From NCBI GenBank assembly GCA_964645765.1, contig CAZYBE010000006.1:18175-82174 (forward strand): 64,000 bases of DNA, read 5' to 3'. Origin of the DNA: an uncultured Eubacteriales bacterium. Lineage in GTDB: Bacteria > Acidobacteriota > Aminicenantia > Aminicenantales > Aminicenantaceae. The notes beneath the pieces are model-generated. The model saw only the letters and a program-made list of their open reading frames with translations. It made no database searches and was not told the origin of the DNA. Positions 18,205 through 26,608 of the stretch are shown here, in pieces; within the stretch, counting starts at the first letter, position 1; each line of letters opens with the position of its first letter. The position numbers and the translations under genes are program-made.

Positions 18205-19710
18205 TTAAATGAGATTTTGAAATTCTTTGAAACGCTCATAAGCTGAATCCCATTCTTTGCTCTGCTGGGGCTCGTATCGCTCAAGCTCAAAAGACTGGCT
18301 GATGACTTTGCGCACCTCAGAGTGCGAAGAAAAATATCCCAGAGCGAGCGCCTGGACCATTATATTCCCGATGGCCGTGGCCTCAACCGGCCCGGCGATG
18401 ACCGGAAGGCCAGTGGCATTGGCAGTGAACTGGTTGAGAAGTCGGTTCTTCGCTCCTCCACCGATAACATGGATGCGACGAATGGGATGGGGATATACTT
18501 TTCTCAGCTGGTCGAGCGTATGACGATATTTCAAGGCAAGGCTTTCCAGGATGCAGCGGACAAACTCCGCTGAAGAATCAGGCGCCTTCTGTTTAGTTTT
18601 TTGGCAGAATTGACGGATAGCTTCAGGCATATCCGGCGGATTCAAAAATCCTCGCCAGTCAGGCTCGACGAGCGACCTGAAAGGCGATGCAGAGGCCGCC
18701 ATCTCTGTCAGCTCATCATAGCTTAAGAGCCTTTCCTTGGCCCATGCCCGACGGCACTCCTGGAGAAGCCAGAAGCCTGTGATGTTTTTCAAGAAGCGGA
18801 AAGTTCCGCCTACCCCGCCCTCGTTGGTGAAATTCAGCTCGAGCGCCTGCTCATTGATGACCGGCTCTTTTGTCTCCACTCCCATCAGAGACCATGTGCC
18901 GGAGCTGATGTAAGCCCAGTCTTCTCCCTCAGCAGGAACTGCGCCTACTGCAGAGCCCGTGTCATGGGAAGCGACAGCGATGACCGGAATATCTCCTATT
19001 CCGGTTTCCTGTGAGGTAGATTTATCCAAGCGGCCGATGACTGTTCCAGGCAAGACAATCTTCTGCATGATGGACTTTGAAACGCCAAGGCAAGCAAAAA
19101 GCTCGTCGTCCCAATTTTTTTTTCGGGGATTGTAGAGCTGGGAAGTTGTGGCATAGGTGAATTCGGTTTTCTTCTCTTTCGTGAAAAGATAATTGAATGT
19201 ATCCGGCATGAAGAGGAGGTCGCTGGCCGTTTCGAGAAGAGGTGAATCATCCCTCTTCATCGAAAAGAGCTGAAAAAGAGAGTTGAACTGCAAGAATTGT
19301 ATTCCAGTCAACTCGTAGACGCGATGGCGAGGAATTTTCTTGAAAAATTCTTCCATCGCTCCTTCGGTGCGCGAGTCGCGGTAGGCATAAGGCAGGCCGA
19401 GCAATGAGCCATCGCGCGTAAGAAGAGCGAAGTCCACTCCCCAGGTGTCAAAGGCGACGCTCTGCGGCCTGGCGCCTGCCTCCGAGGCACAGACTTTTAT
19501 TCCCTTCTTCACTTCCTCGAAAATACGGTAGATGTTCCAATGCCAGTGCCCGAGGATGAAGACCATGCCGTTGGCGAAACGATTCAGCTCTTTAATTTTT
19601 AATCGCCGTTTATCAAGCCAGCCGAGCATGGCTCTGCCGCTATCAGCGCCTATATCAAAGGCAAGAAAAGAAGGAGCATCAATGGTTTTTCTTTTTTTAT
19701 TATTCGCCAA
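18205..19710 (-). CDS. rhaB: Rhamnulokinase (FGGY carbohydrate kinase)
   Basis: FGGY kinase N-terminus (LAFDIGADSGRAMLG), immediately upstream of rhaA in the same orientation. Confidence 0.8.
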   Translation of the reverse strand: MANNKKRKTIDAPSFLAFDIGADSGRAMLGWLDKRRLKIKELNRFANGMVFILGHWHWNIYRIFEEVKKGIKVCASEAGARPQSVAFDTWGVDFALLTRDGSLLGLPYAYRDSRTEGAMEEFFKKIPRHRVYELTGIQFLQFNSLFQLFSMKRDDSPLLETASDLLFMPDTFNYLFTKEKKTEFTYATTSQLYNPRKKNWDDELFACLGVSKSIMQKIVLPGTVIGRLDKSTSQETGIGDIPVIAVASHDTGSAVGAVPAEGEDWAYISSGTWSLMGVETKEPVINEQALELNFTNEGGVGGTFRFLKNITGFWLLQECRRAWAKERLLSYDELTEMAASASPFRSLVEPDWRGFLNPPDMPEAIRQFCQKTKQKAPDSSAEFVRCILESLALKYRHTLDQLRKVYPHPIRRIHVIGGGAKNRLLNQFTANATGLPVIAGPVEATAIGNIMVQALALGYFSSHSEVRKVISQSFELERYEPQQSKEWDSAYERFKEFQNLI

Positions 19711-19814
19711 TATTCCGCCCTCTTCTCAATGCAGAATTCCAATTATCACACTGAAAGAGCTCTGTCAATTTCAATCTATTGTGTGCTATAAAAGAACAAA
19801 GTGCATTAGCTGAT

Positions 19815-20876
19815 ATGCGCAAGGAAACCATGACTCCGCGTGAAAGATGGCTGGCTGTTTTAAAGCGCCAGAAGCCGGACCGCGTTCCCATGGATTATTG
19901 GGCAACGGATGAGGCGACTGAAAGATTGATGAAGCATCTCGGCTGCAGGAGCAAGAGAAAGATGCTCGAAAAGCTTCATGTCGATTTTTTGGTCAAGGTT
20001 GAACCAAGCTACAAAGGGCCTAAGATTCCTGATGAGCACGATGTTTTTGGCTGTGGATACAAAAAAATGAATTATGGCAGCGGAGTTTATGATGAATGTG
20101 TTGCCCATCCTCTGGCTCAATTCAATTCAACCGAAGATATCGAGAGAAATTACACCTGGCCAAATCCGGACTGGTACGATTACAGCGAAATCAAGAAGCA
20201 GGTCAAAGGAAACGAGATGTACCCTATCCGCGCCGGCAACTATGAGCCTTTCCTCATCTACAAGAAACTTCGCGGAGATGAGAAAGCCTACATGGACTTG
20301 ATGACAAATCCAGAAATGGTCCGTTACTGCCTGGACAAGCTCTTTTATTTAGCTCACGAAGACCTTGAGCGCATACTCGAACAGATTCCCGGCAAGGTGA
20401 TGGTCTCTTATGTCGCCGAAGACATGGGCGGCCAGAACGACCTTTTGTTCTCTCCTGCCCAGATTCAGGAGTTCTTCATTCCCGGCATGAAAAAAATGGT
20501 CGATATTGTCCATCAGGCAGGGGCTTTTGCTTTTCACCACAATGACGGCAGCATCCGCAGAATCCTGCCCAGTCTGGTCGAAACCGGAATCGACATCCTG
20601 AACCCAATCCAGTGGCGCTGCAGAGGAATGGACAGAGAAGAGCTCAAAACAGAATTCGGCCATAGAGTCATTTTTCATGGAGCCATGGATAACCAGCAAA
20701 CTCTTCCTTTCGGCACAGTCGATGAAGTAAAGAAGGAGGTTTTGGACAATCTTCGTATTCTGGGAAAGGGCGGCGGCTACATCCTTAGCCCTTGCCATAA
20801 CATTCAGGCGATAACTCCGGCTGAGAATGTCGTAGCCATGTATGAAACTTGTTATGAACACGGATGGAGAGAATAA
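19815..20876 (+). CDS. URO-D family protein, MtaA/CmuA-like (second paralog). Alternative starts at 19779 or 19830.
   Basis: KPDRVPMDYWA N-terminus and GGGYILSPCHNIQ C-terminus. Diverges from rhaB. Confidence 0.65.
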   Translation: MRKETMTPRERWLAVLKRQKPDRVPMDYWATDEATERLMKHLGCRSKRKMLEKLHVDFLVKVEPSYKGPKIPDEHDVFGCGYKKMNYGSGVYDECVAHPLAQFNSTEDIERNYTWPNPDWYDYSEIKKQVKGNEMYPIRAGNYEPFLIYKKLRGDEKAYMDLMTNPEMVRYCLDKLFYLAHEDLERILEQIPGKVMVSYVAEDMGGQNDLLFSPAQIQEFFIPGMKKMVDIVHQAGAFAFHHNDGSIRRILPSLVETGIDILNPIQWRCRGMDREELKTEFGHRVIFHGAMDNQQTLPFGTVDEVKKEVLDNLRILGKGGGYILSPCHNIQAITPAENVVAMYETCYEHGWRE

Positions 20877-20889
20877 AACAGGAGAAGAA

Positions 20890-22023
20890 ATGAAAAAGAT
20901 AGCGATTTTGATTGTGGCTTTGACTTTTTTCCCCTTCTGCATATCGAAACAGAACAAGGTGGAAAAGACCATGGAAGATGGAGTCGAAGTCGTCATTAAC
21001 CATCTCGATCCTTATAAAATCAAAGGTCAACCTGCCAATTTGATACTCGAAAAAGAATTTTCTATTGATACAGAGAAAGACGGTATCGTGAAGACCGGGC
21101 TGGGACAATTGCATACTTTTGACCTTGACTCTGAAGGAAACATTTATCTGATGGATGCCAAACCTCAACAAAACATTATCTTCAAATTCGACAAAAACGG
21201 AGGCTTTGTCAGTTCTCTCGTCCGAAAAGGTCAGGGTCCTGGCGAGTCCCAATTTCCTTTCTATTTTCAAATAAGCAGCCTTGATGAATTTGTCCTGATG
21301 GATCACGGCAAGGAAAAGCTTTTAATCCTCGGCAAAGATGGAAGCCCAAACAGAGAAATTCCAATAGAGCCATTGAGTTACAGATTCAAACCTCTTGCCA
21401 ACGGAAAATTTTTATTTCTGGAGATACAGTTTGAGCCTCCGAGCACTGACATCACGCTCTTATCTTTATGCAGCCCTGACCTCAAAGAAGAGAAAGAAAT
21501 CGAAAAGATGAAAACTCCCAATGCCTTCACCGGAAAACAAGCCAAGGCAACTCCTTATATGTTTGTCTGGAATCATTCAGGCAGACACATCTATGCTGCC
21601 AGTGAAGAGAGAGGCTATGAAATCTCAGTCTTTGATTTAGAGGGAAATTTAAAGAGAAAAATAAGGAAAGATTATAAGCCTGTGGAGGTTTCCGAAGAAT
21701 TCAAAAAATACGTGTCAGACGCTGCTCCTGAAAACGTCAAGAAAAATCTCTATTTCCCCAGACACATGTCTCCCCTCCAATATCTTTTTGCTGATGATGA
21801 AGACAATCTTTTTGCAATGACCTATGAGACAGGAAAAATGGCCAACGAGTATATCTATGACATATTTAATGCCGAAGGCGCATTCATCGGACGAATGAGC
21901 TTGGATAATTATTCAGATTTCAGGCCCCTGGAGGCAAAGGCCGAGAAAAAACGCCTTTATAGTATGAGAGAAAAAGAAAGCAGCTATAAAGAGCTTGTGG
22001 TTTATAAAATGAGATGGAAATGA
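20890..22023 (+). CDS. 6-bladed beta-propeller family lipoprotein (paralog of 7491..8480)
   Basis: RBS AGGAGAAG. Lipoprotein-like signal MKKIAILIVALTFFPFCIS. Blades DSEGNIYLMD and similar; clear similarity to 7491..8480. Confidence 0.55.
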   Translation: MKKIAILIVALTFFPFCISKQNKVEKTMEDGVEVVINHLDPYKIKGQPANLILEKEFSIDTEKDGIVKTGLGQLHTFDLDSEGNIYLMDAKPQQNIIFKFDKNGGFVSSLVRKGQGPGESQFPFYFQISSLDEFVLMDHGKEKLLILGKDGSPNREIPIEPLSYRFKPLANGKFLFLEIQFEPPSTDITLLSLCSPDLKEEKEIEKMKTPNAFTGKQAKATPYMFVWNHSGRHIYAASEERGYEISVFDLEGNLKRKIRKDYKPVEVSEEFKKYVSDAAPENVKKNLYFPRHMSPLQYLFADDEDNLFAMTYETGKMANEYIYDIFNAEGAFIGRMSLDNYSDFRPLEAKAEKKRLYSMREKESSYKELVVYKMRWK

Positions 22024-22092
22024 GGAGTTATTCTGCAGAAGGATCCGCACGAAAAAATATTATCTTTATAACTTCTCTGATATAATAATTTC

Positions 22093-22320
22093 ATGAAAAT
22101 TTCTAAATCAGAAGCCAAAGCATTCAAGAACCGATGGGAAAGAGTGAACGCTGCCCAGCGCCATGAGCTGAGACAGACTTCTCTCTTAAAAAAGATTCTC
22201 CATCTTGCCGCTCTCATGGCATCGGTGAAAGCCATGCGGTGGGATAAAGCCCTCTCTAAAGAAGTGACTTCGGTGAGGAATCGCTGGAAACGTCTCAGGA
22301 AGGCTTATCATGCCGAATAA
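22093..22320 (+). CDS. Small hypothetical protein (75 aa), putative partner (antitoxin-like) of the downstream nucleotidyltransferase; homolog of 40451..40666
   Basis: Overlaps the downstream gene by 11 bp. Shares an ERxxxA...LLxxxLH segment and a basic C-terminal R[KR]x[YS]H motif with the ORF at 40451..40666. Confidence 0.3.
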   Translation: MKISKSEAKAFKNRWERVNAAQRHELRQTSLLKKILHLAALMASVKAMRWDKALSKEVTSVRNRWKRLRKAYHAE

Positions 22321-22897
22321 AATTTCCGTTCCTTTCTTATCAGCTCTGAAGGAACTTGCCTCGTGGCTGAGGTCTACCCATGTTCCGGGCATGGTCATAG
22401 GAGGCGTTGCAGCTTCTCTGCTGGGAAGACCAAGGATTACGCAGGATATCGATGTTATTGTCTGGATTGATTTTAATAAATGGAAAGATTTTCTTAAGGC
22501 CGGTAAAAATCATGGTTTTAGTCCGAGAATTAAAAATTCCCTTGAGTTCGCACGAAAAAATAGAGTTTTTCTCCTTCGCCATAGTCCCAGCAGAATTGAC
22601 ATTGACATTTCCCTCGGAGCCCTTCCATTCGAAGAGGAAGCCATCCGGAGAGCAGTGGCAAAGAGAATCAAAGGAATTCGGATTTATTTACCGACTCCAG
22701 AAGATTTGATCATCATGAAAGCCGTTGCCCATCGCCCACGGGACCTTGCTGATATTGAATCAATCTTGGATGCCCATCCAGACCTGGACTTGAAAAGAGT
22801 GCGGCGCTGGGTGAGGGAATTCGCTAGATCTCTTGAAATGCCAGAAATTCTTGATGATTTAGAGAAAATAACACACCATCCTAAGAAGAGATTGTAA
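22310..22897 (+). CDS. Pol-beta superfamily nucleotidyltransferase-fold protein (AbiEii-like toxin-type minimal NTase)
   Basis: hG[GS]x9-13DhDh signature IGGVAASLLGRPRITQDIDV, downstream acidic RIDIDISLG, and PEDLIIMK...RDLADIESIL. 195 aa. Paralog at 39898..40494. Confidence 0.5.
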   Translation: MPNKISVPFLSALKELASWLRSTHVPGMVIGGVAASLLGRPRITQDIDVIVWIDFNKWKDFLKAGKNHGFSPRIKNSLEFARKNRVFLLRHSPSRIDIDISLGALPFEEEAIRRAVAKRIKGIRIYLPTPEDLIIMKAVAHRPRDLADIESILDAHPDLDLKRVRRWVREFARSLEMPEILDDLEKITHHPKKRL

Positions 22898-23035
22898 TAA
22901 TTTCTAATGACATTTTAGAGGAAAGCTTTAAAAGATTACTTTTATACTTTGAAGCTCTATGTTCATATTTAATCCTAGAAAGAGCGCCAGCAAAAGATTG
23001 ACCTGAGCTTCCTTATCTCTTATAATTCCCTGCAA

Positions 23036-24328
23036 ATGAAGTGGGTTTATATTGAGGACATCGCTGATTACAAGGACCAGGAGGTTGAACTTCGGGGATG
23101 GGTCTATAACAAGCGCTCGAGCGGAAAAGTCCGCTTCCTTCTTATCAGGGATGGGACAGGAATCCTGCAGGCAACAATCTTCGGCGAAGAAAAGGAGCAT
23201 CCCCTCTTCCAGAAGTTCGATGCTCTGACTCAAGAATCCTCGATCATAGTCCGCGGCAAAGTCAGAGAGGACAAGCGAGCTCCTGGGGGCTTTGAGTTAA
23301 GCATCGAAGATATCGAAATCATTCAGGTCGCCAAAGACTATCCCATCACGCCCAAAGAGCACAGCACACCCTTCTTGATGGAGCACCGCCATCTCTGGCT
23401 TCGCTCCCAGAAGCAGCACGCCATTCTCCAGGTCAGGGCCGAAGTCGTCAAGGCCATCCGCGATTTCTTTGACGGCAGGGGCTTCAGGCTCATGGATACC
23501 CCGATTCTGACTCCAAGCGCCTGCGAAGGGACCACGACCCTTTTTGAGACAGAGTATTTTGACCAGAAAGCCTATCTCAGCCAGAGCGGCCAGCTATACA
23601 ACGAAGCCACAGCCATGGCTTTCGGCAAGGTCTACTGCTTTGGGCCGACCTTCAGGGCAGAAAGGTCGAAGACGAGGAAGCATCTGATCGAATTCTGGAT
23701 GGCCGAACCTGAAGTCGCTTTTGCCACTCTCGCTGACATGGTTGAGTTGGGACAGGACCTTATTGTCTACATCGTCGAGCGCGTTTTGGAAAAAAGAAAG
23801 AGAGAGCTTGAAGTCCTGGAAAGAGACACAAAGCCTCTTGAGCGGGTGAAAAAGCCTTTTCCCTGCCTGACTTACGACGAGGCTTACAAGAAGCTCAAGG
23901 AAAAAGGCTCGAAGATGGATTGGGGTGATGACTTTGGCGCCCATGAAGAAACGCTAATGTCGGAAATCTACGATATTCCTGTCTGCATAACTCACTTTCC
24001 GGCTAAAATCAAAGCTTTCTACATGCAGCCCGATGAAAAGCGCCCGGATTTAGTCCTTGGGGTTGACATTCTCGCCTCCGAAGCATACGGCGAGCTCATA
24101 GGCGGCGGCCAGCGCATCCACGACTTAGAGCTTCTTGAAAAAAAGATCAAAGAATTCAACCTTCCCCGCGAGGCTTACCAGTGGTACCTGGATTTGAGAA
24201 GATACGGCTCTGTCCCACACGCAGGGTTCGGGCTGGGCATTGAAAGGACCGTTGCCTGGATTTGTAAGATAAAGCATATCAGAGAAACCATTCCCTTCCC
24301 CCGCCTCCTCTACCGCATCTATCCTTGA
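23036..24328 (+). CDS. asnS: Asparagine--tRNA ligase (class II, AsnRS type; archaeal-type AspRS not fully excluded)
   Basis: 430 aa. N-terminal OB anticodon domain; class II motifs [24 protein letters not shown] and GELIGGGQR...GFGLGIER. Confidence 0.75.
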   Translation: MKWVYIEDIADYKDQEVELRGWVYNKRSSGKVRFLLIRDGTGILQATIFGEEKEHPLFQKFDALTQESSIIVRGKVREDKRAPGGFELSIEDIEIIQVAKDYPITPKEHSTPFLMEHRHLWLRSQKQHAILQVRAEVVKAIRDFFDGRGFRLMDTPILTPSACEGTTTLFETEYFDQKAYLSQSGQLYNEATAMAFGKVYCFGPTFRAERSKTRKHLIEFWMAEPEVAFATLADMVELGQDLIVYIVERVLEKRKRELEVLERDTKPLERVKKPFPCLTYDEAYKKLKEKGSKMDWGDDFGAHEETLMSEIYDIPVCITHFPAKIKAFYMQPDEKRPDLVLGVDILASEAYGELIGGGQRIHDLELLEKKIKEFNLPREAYQWYLDLRRYGSVPHAGFGLGIERTVAWICKIKHIRETIPFPRLLYRIYP

Positions 24329-24339
24329 AAGCAAGCATC

Positions 24340-24530
24340 TCCAAAACCGTGATGCATAGCCTATAAAGGAGGTGAGGGTTGAGGGTGAGGAGGCCCCTAT
24401 AAGGCCTGAGCGGGCATGGTTTCTCTCCCAAGGAGAGAAGAGCGAAGGCCGAATGGGAGCTGATTTTCCTCGCTGGGGAAAATCAGCGTGCGACGAATCC
24501 TCAATCCTCACCTCCCTCACGGAAATTGAG
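24340..24530. repeat. Highly structured intergenic element A. It has a long imperfect terminal inverted repeat (aggaggtgagggttgagggtgagg ... cctcaatcctcacctccctcac) and internal hairpins, and contains the ctgagcgggcatggtttctct box shared with other loci.
   Basis: Inverted repeats read directly. Shared 21-mer also at 59118-59138 and, reverse-complemented with one mismatch, around 33590. Confidence 0.45.
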
Positions 24531-24607
24531 ATACTCAGTCCTTGATTTTTCCTGCATTATCATCAACTGCTGTCTCCATGTTATGTGGCTCAGAAAATGA
24601 CCAATCT

Positions 24608-24773
24608 GGAATGGCTTAAGCGACCATTGAAGGTTTAGCCTTCCCTTGCCGTGCTTCGAGGGGACCCAGCTCTGCTGGGCGGCGAGGATGTCTGAGCGAA
24701 GCGAGTTCCGCAGCCGCCGAGAAGCGCGGCAAGGGAACGGCGTTAAAAACCTGAATGGGAGCGAAGCCATTCC
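24608..24773 (+). ncRNA. Candidate structured non-coding RNA / structured repeat, copy 1 (strand uncertain)
   Basis: 166 nt between asnS and rimO. 10-bp terminal stem ggaatggctt/aagccattcc, internal hairpin cccagc-tct-gctggg, and a 48-nt core identical to copy 2 at 47864..48032. Stems covary between the copies. Confidence 0.45.
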
Positions 24774-24822
24774 GGATTGGCTTCCTTTAGCTGTTTACTA
24801 ATGAGCCGTAACAATTTACAAT

Positions 24823-26151
24823 TTGATTCTGATGAATAAAGTCGCTCTGATCAGCTTTGGCTGTGCCAAAAACCTTGTTGACAGCGAAGTCATGCTCGGC
24901 CTCCTGGACAAGGCTGGCTATACCTTTGTCTCTGACCCAAAGGAAGCTGACACCGTCATTCTCAACACCTGCGGCTTCATCGAGCCAGCCAAAGAGGAAG
25001 CCCGTAATGCTTTAAACCAGGCAGTTGCTCTCAAACGAAAGTCTAAGGAAAAGAGAGTCATCGCTGTCGGCTGTTATGTCGAAAGATACAAGAGTCTTTT
25101 GGCTGCAGAATACCCTGAAATCGACACCTGGATTGGGGTCAACGATTTCGACAAGATTGTCCAAGCCATAGAGGGAAAACCATTTGTAAAATCAGAAACT
25201 TGCTTCCTTTATGACCACACCTTTCCCCGCCTCATCCAGACTCCTCCATCATGGGCTTATGTCAAGATATCCGAAGGCTGCTCCCACCAGTGCTCCTTCT
25301 GCGCCATTCCCCTCATTAAGGGACCTTACCGCTCGCGGCCGATCGCTTCCATCCTCCAGGAGGTTGAAGAGCTTTGTTCCCGTGGAGTCAAGGAAATCAA
25401 CCTTGTCTCCCAGGATACAACCTATTTCGGCCGCGACCTTGGTCTCGAGGATGGATTGACCTCTCTCCTCAGCCAGCTCCTTTCCATTCCAAAACTCGAA
25501 TGGGTCCGCATTCTCTACGGATATCCCGATGAAATAAGCTACTCGCTTCTTGAAATCATGAAGGAGAAAAGAATCTGCTCTTATCTTGACATTCCCTTCC
25601 AGCATTCCCATCCCAAAATCATAAAGACAATGAAGAGGGGAATGGACGGCGAGCGGGCGCTCGAGCTCGTCCAGAAAATTAGAGAAAAACTTCCTGATGT
25701 TGCGCTCCGGACATCTCTTGTTGTCGGGTTTCCGGGCGAGGGAAAAGAGGAATTCGATGACCTGGAAAGCTTTGTTTGGTGCGCAAGATTCGACCATCTC
25801 GGCGTCTTCTGCTATTCAAGAGAAGAAGGAACAGACTGTTTCGCTCTCGGTGACCCTGCTAAAGAGAGCATCAAGAAAAAAAGAAAGGATAGAATAATGG
25901 AGCTCCAGATGGTCATTTCCAAGGAAAACAACAAGAAATATTTTAAAAAGAGAATCGATGTCTTGATTGAAGGAGTTCTGAAAGAGAATCCCAAGATGCT
26001 GGTCGGCCGTGGCCCGTTTCAAGCTCCTGAGGTGGATGGCGTGATATTAATCGATGCCACTCGAAAAGCGTCAGAAGCCGTCAACACCATCCAGAAAGTT
26101 GAAATCAAAGGCTGGGATGTATATGATTTATACGGAAAATTGGGTACATGA
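24823..26151 (+). CDS. rimO: Ribosomal protein S12 methylthiotransferase RimO (radical SAM MTTase)
   Basis: MTTase N-domain (ALISFGCAKN), radical SAM CSHQCSFC, TRAM C-terminus. 442 aa. Confidence 0.8.
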   Translation: MILMNKVALISFGCAKNLVDSEVMLGLLDKAGYTFVSDPKEADTVILNTCGFIEPAKEEARNALNQAVALKRKSKEKRVIAVGCYVERYKSLLAAEYPEIDTWIGVNDFDKIVQAIEGKPFVKSETCFLYDHTFPRLIQTPPSWAYVKISEGCSHQCSFCAIPLIKGPYRSRPIASILQEVEELCSRGVKEINLVSQDTTYFGRDLGLEDGLTSLLSQLLSIPKLEWVRILYGYPDEISYSLLEIMKEKRICSYLDIPFQHSHPKIIKTMKRGMDGERALELVQKIREKLPDVALRTSLVVGFPGEGKEEFDDLESFVWCARFDHLGVFCYSREEGTDCFALGDPAKESIKKKRKDRIMELQMVISKENNKKYFKKRIDVLIEGVLKENPKMLVGRGPFQAPEVDGVILIDATRKASEAVNTIQKVEIKGWDVYDLYGKLGT

Positions 26152-26603
26152 AGTTCCTATCAAAAACGGTTGCAACCTTTCTCGGAGTCGGCTATGTCCC
26201 GCTCGCTCCTGGGACTGCGACAAGCGCGATTATCGTCTTGCTCTATAAGCTCTGCCTCCATAAGCTCAGCTGGCCCCTGTATCTCCTCATCGTCTTTGTC
26301 CTTTTCTTTATAGGGGTATTCGCCTCCACCAAATATTCATCAGAGCTGAATGATAAAGACCCCCGAATAATCACTATAGACGAGGCCGTGGGGCAGCTGC
26401 TTGTTCTTTTCCGAATGAAAGAAGCCTGGCTTTTGCTCCTGGCGAGTTTTCTGCTCTTTCGTCTCTTTGATGTTATAAAAATCTACCCGATAAAAAAAGT
26501 TGAAGACCTTCCCAAAGGATGGGGAATCATGCTCGATGACATCGTCGCTGCGGTCTATGCCGGAATCATTATTTATCTTTATTTACTAATACGAGGGCAA
26601 TAA
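26148..26603 (+). CDS. pgpA: Phosphatidylglycerophosphatase A
   Basis: GVGYVPLAPGTATS motif, 151 aa membrane protein. Start overlaps the rimO stop. Confidence 0.75.
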   Translation: MKFLSKTVATFLGVGYVPLAPGTATSAIIVLLYKLCLHKLSWPLYLLIVFVLFFIGVFASTKYSSELNDKDPRIITIDEAVGQLLVLFRMKEAWLLLLASFLLFRLFDVIKIYPIKKVEDLPKGWGIMLDDIVAAVYAGIIIYLYLLIRGQ

Positions 26604-26608
26604 TTAAA

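Noticed and set aside
22928-23233. 101-aa minus-strand ORF overlapping the asnS start
   Set aside because: It overlaps the conserved N-terminal OB domain of asnS and is a shadow ORF.
24690-24715. Possible hammerhead-ribozyme core (CUGA…GAA) in the conserved 48-nt core of the structured element
   Set aside because: It lacks the full CUGANGA…GAAA core and an appropriate stem II, so it does not fit the hammerhead consensus.
24501-24770. Minus-strand ORF (89 aa) and its counterpart 47804..48034 (76 aa) encoding similar peptides (…RFLTPF…RRLRNSLRSDILAA…LNLQWSL…)
   Set aside because: The similarity comes from translating the two copies of the structured repeat. Differences between the copies are paired compensatory nucleotide changes in stems (for example cccagc/gctggg versus cccgac/gtcggg). 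This fits RNA-structure selection, not codon selection. There is no convincing RBS either.
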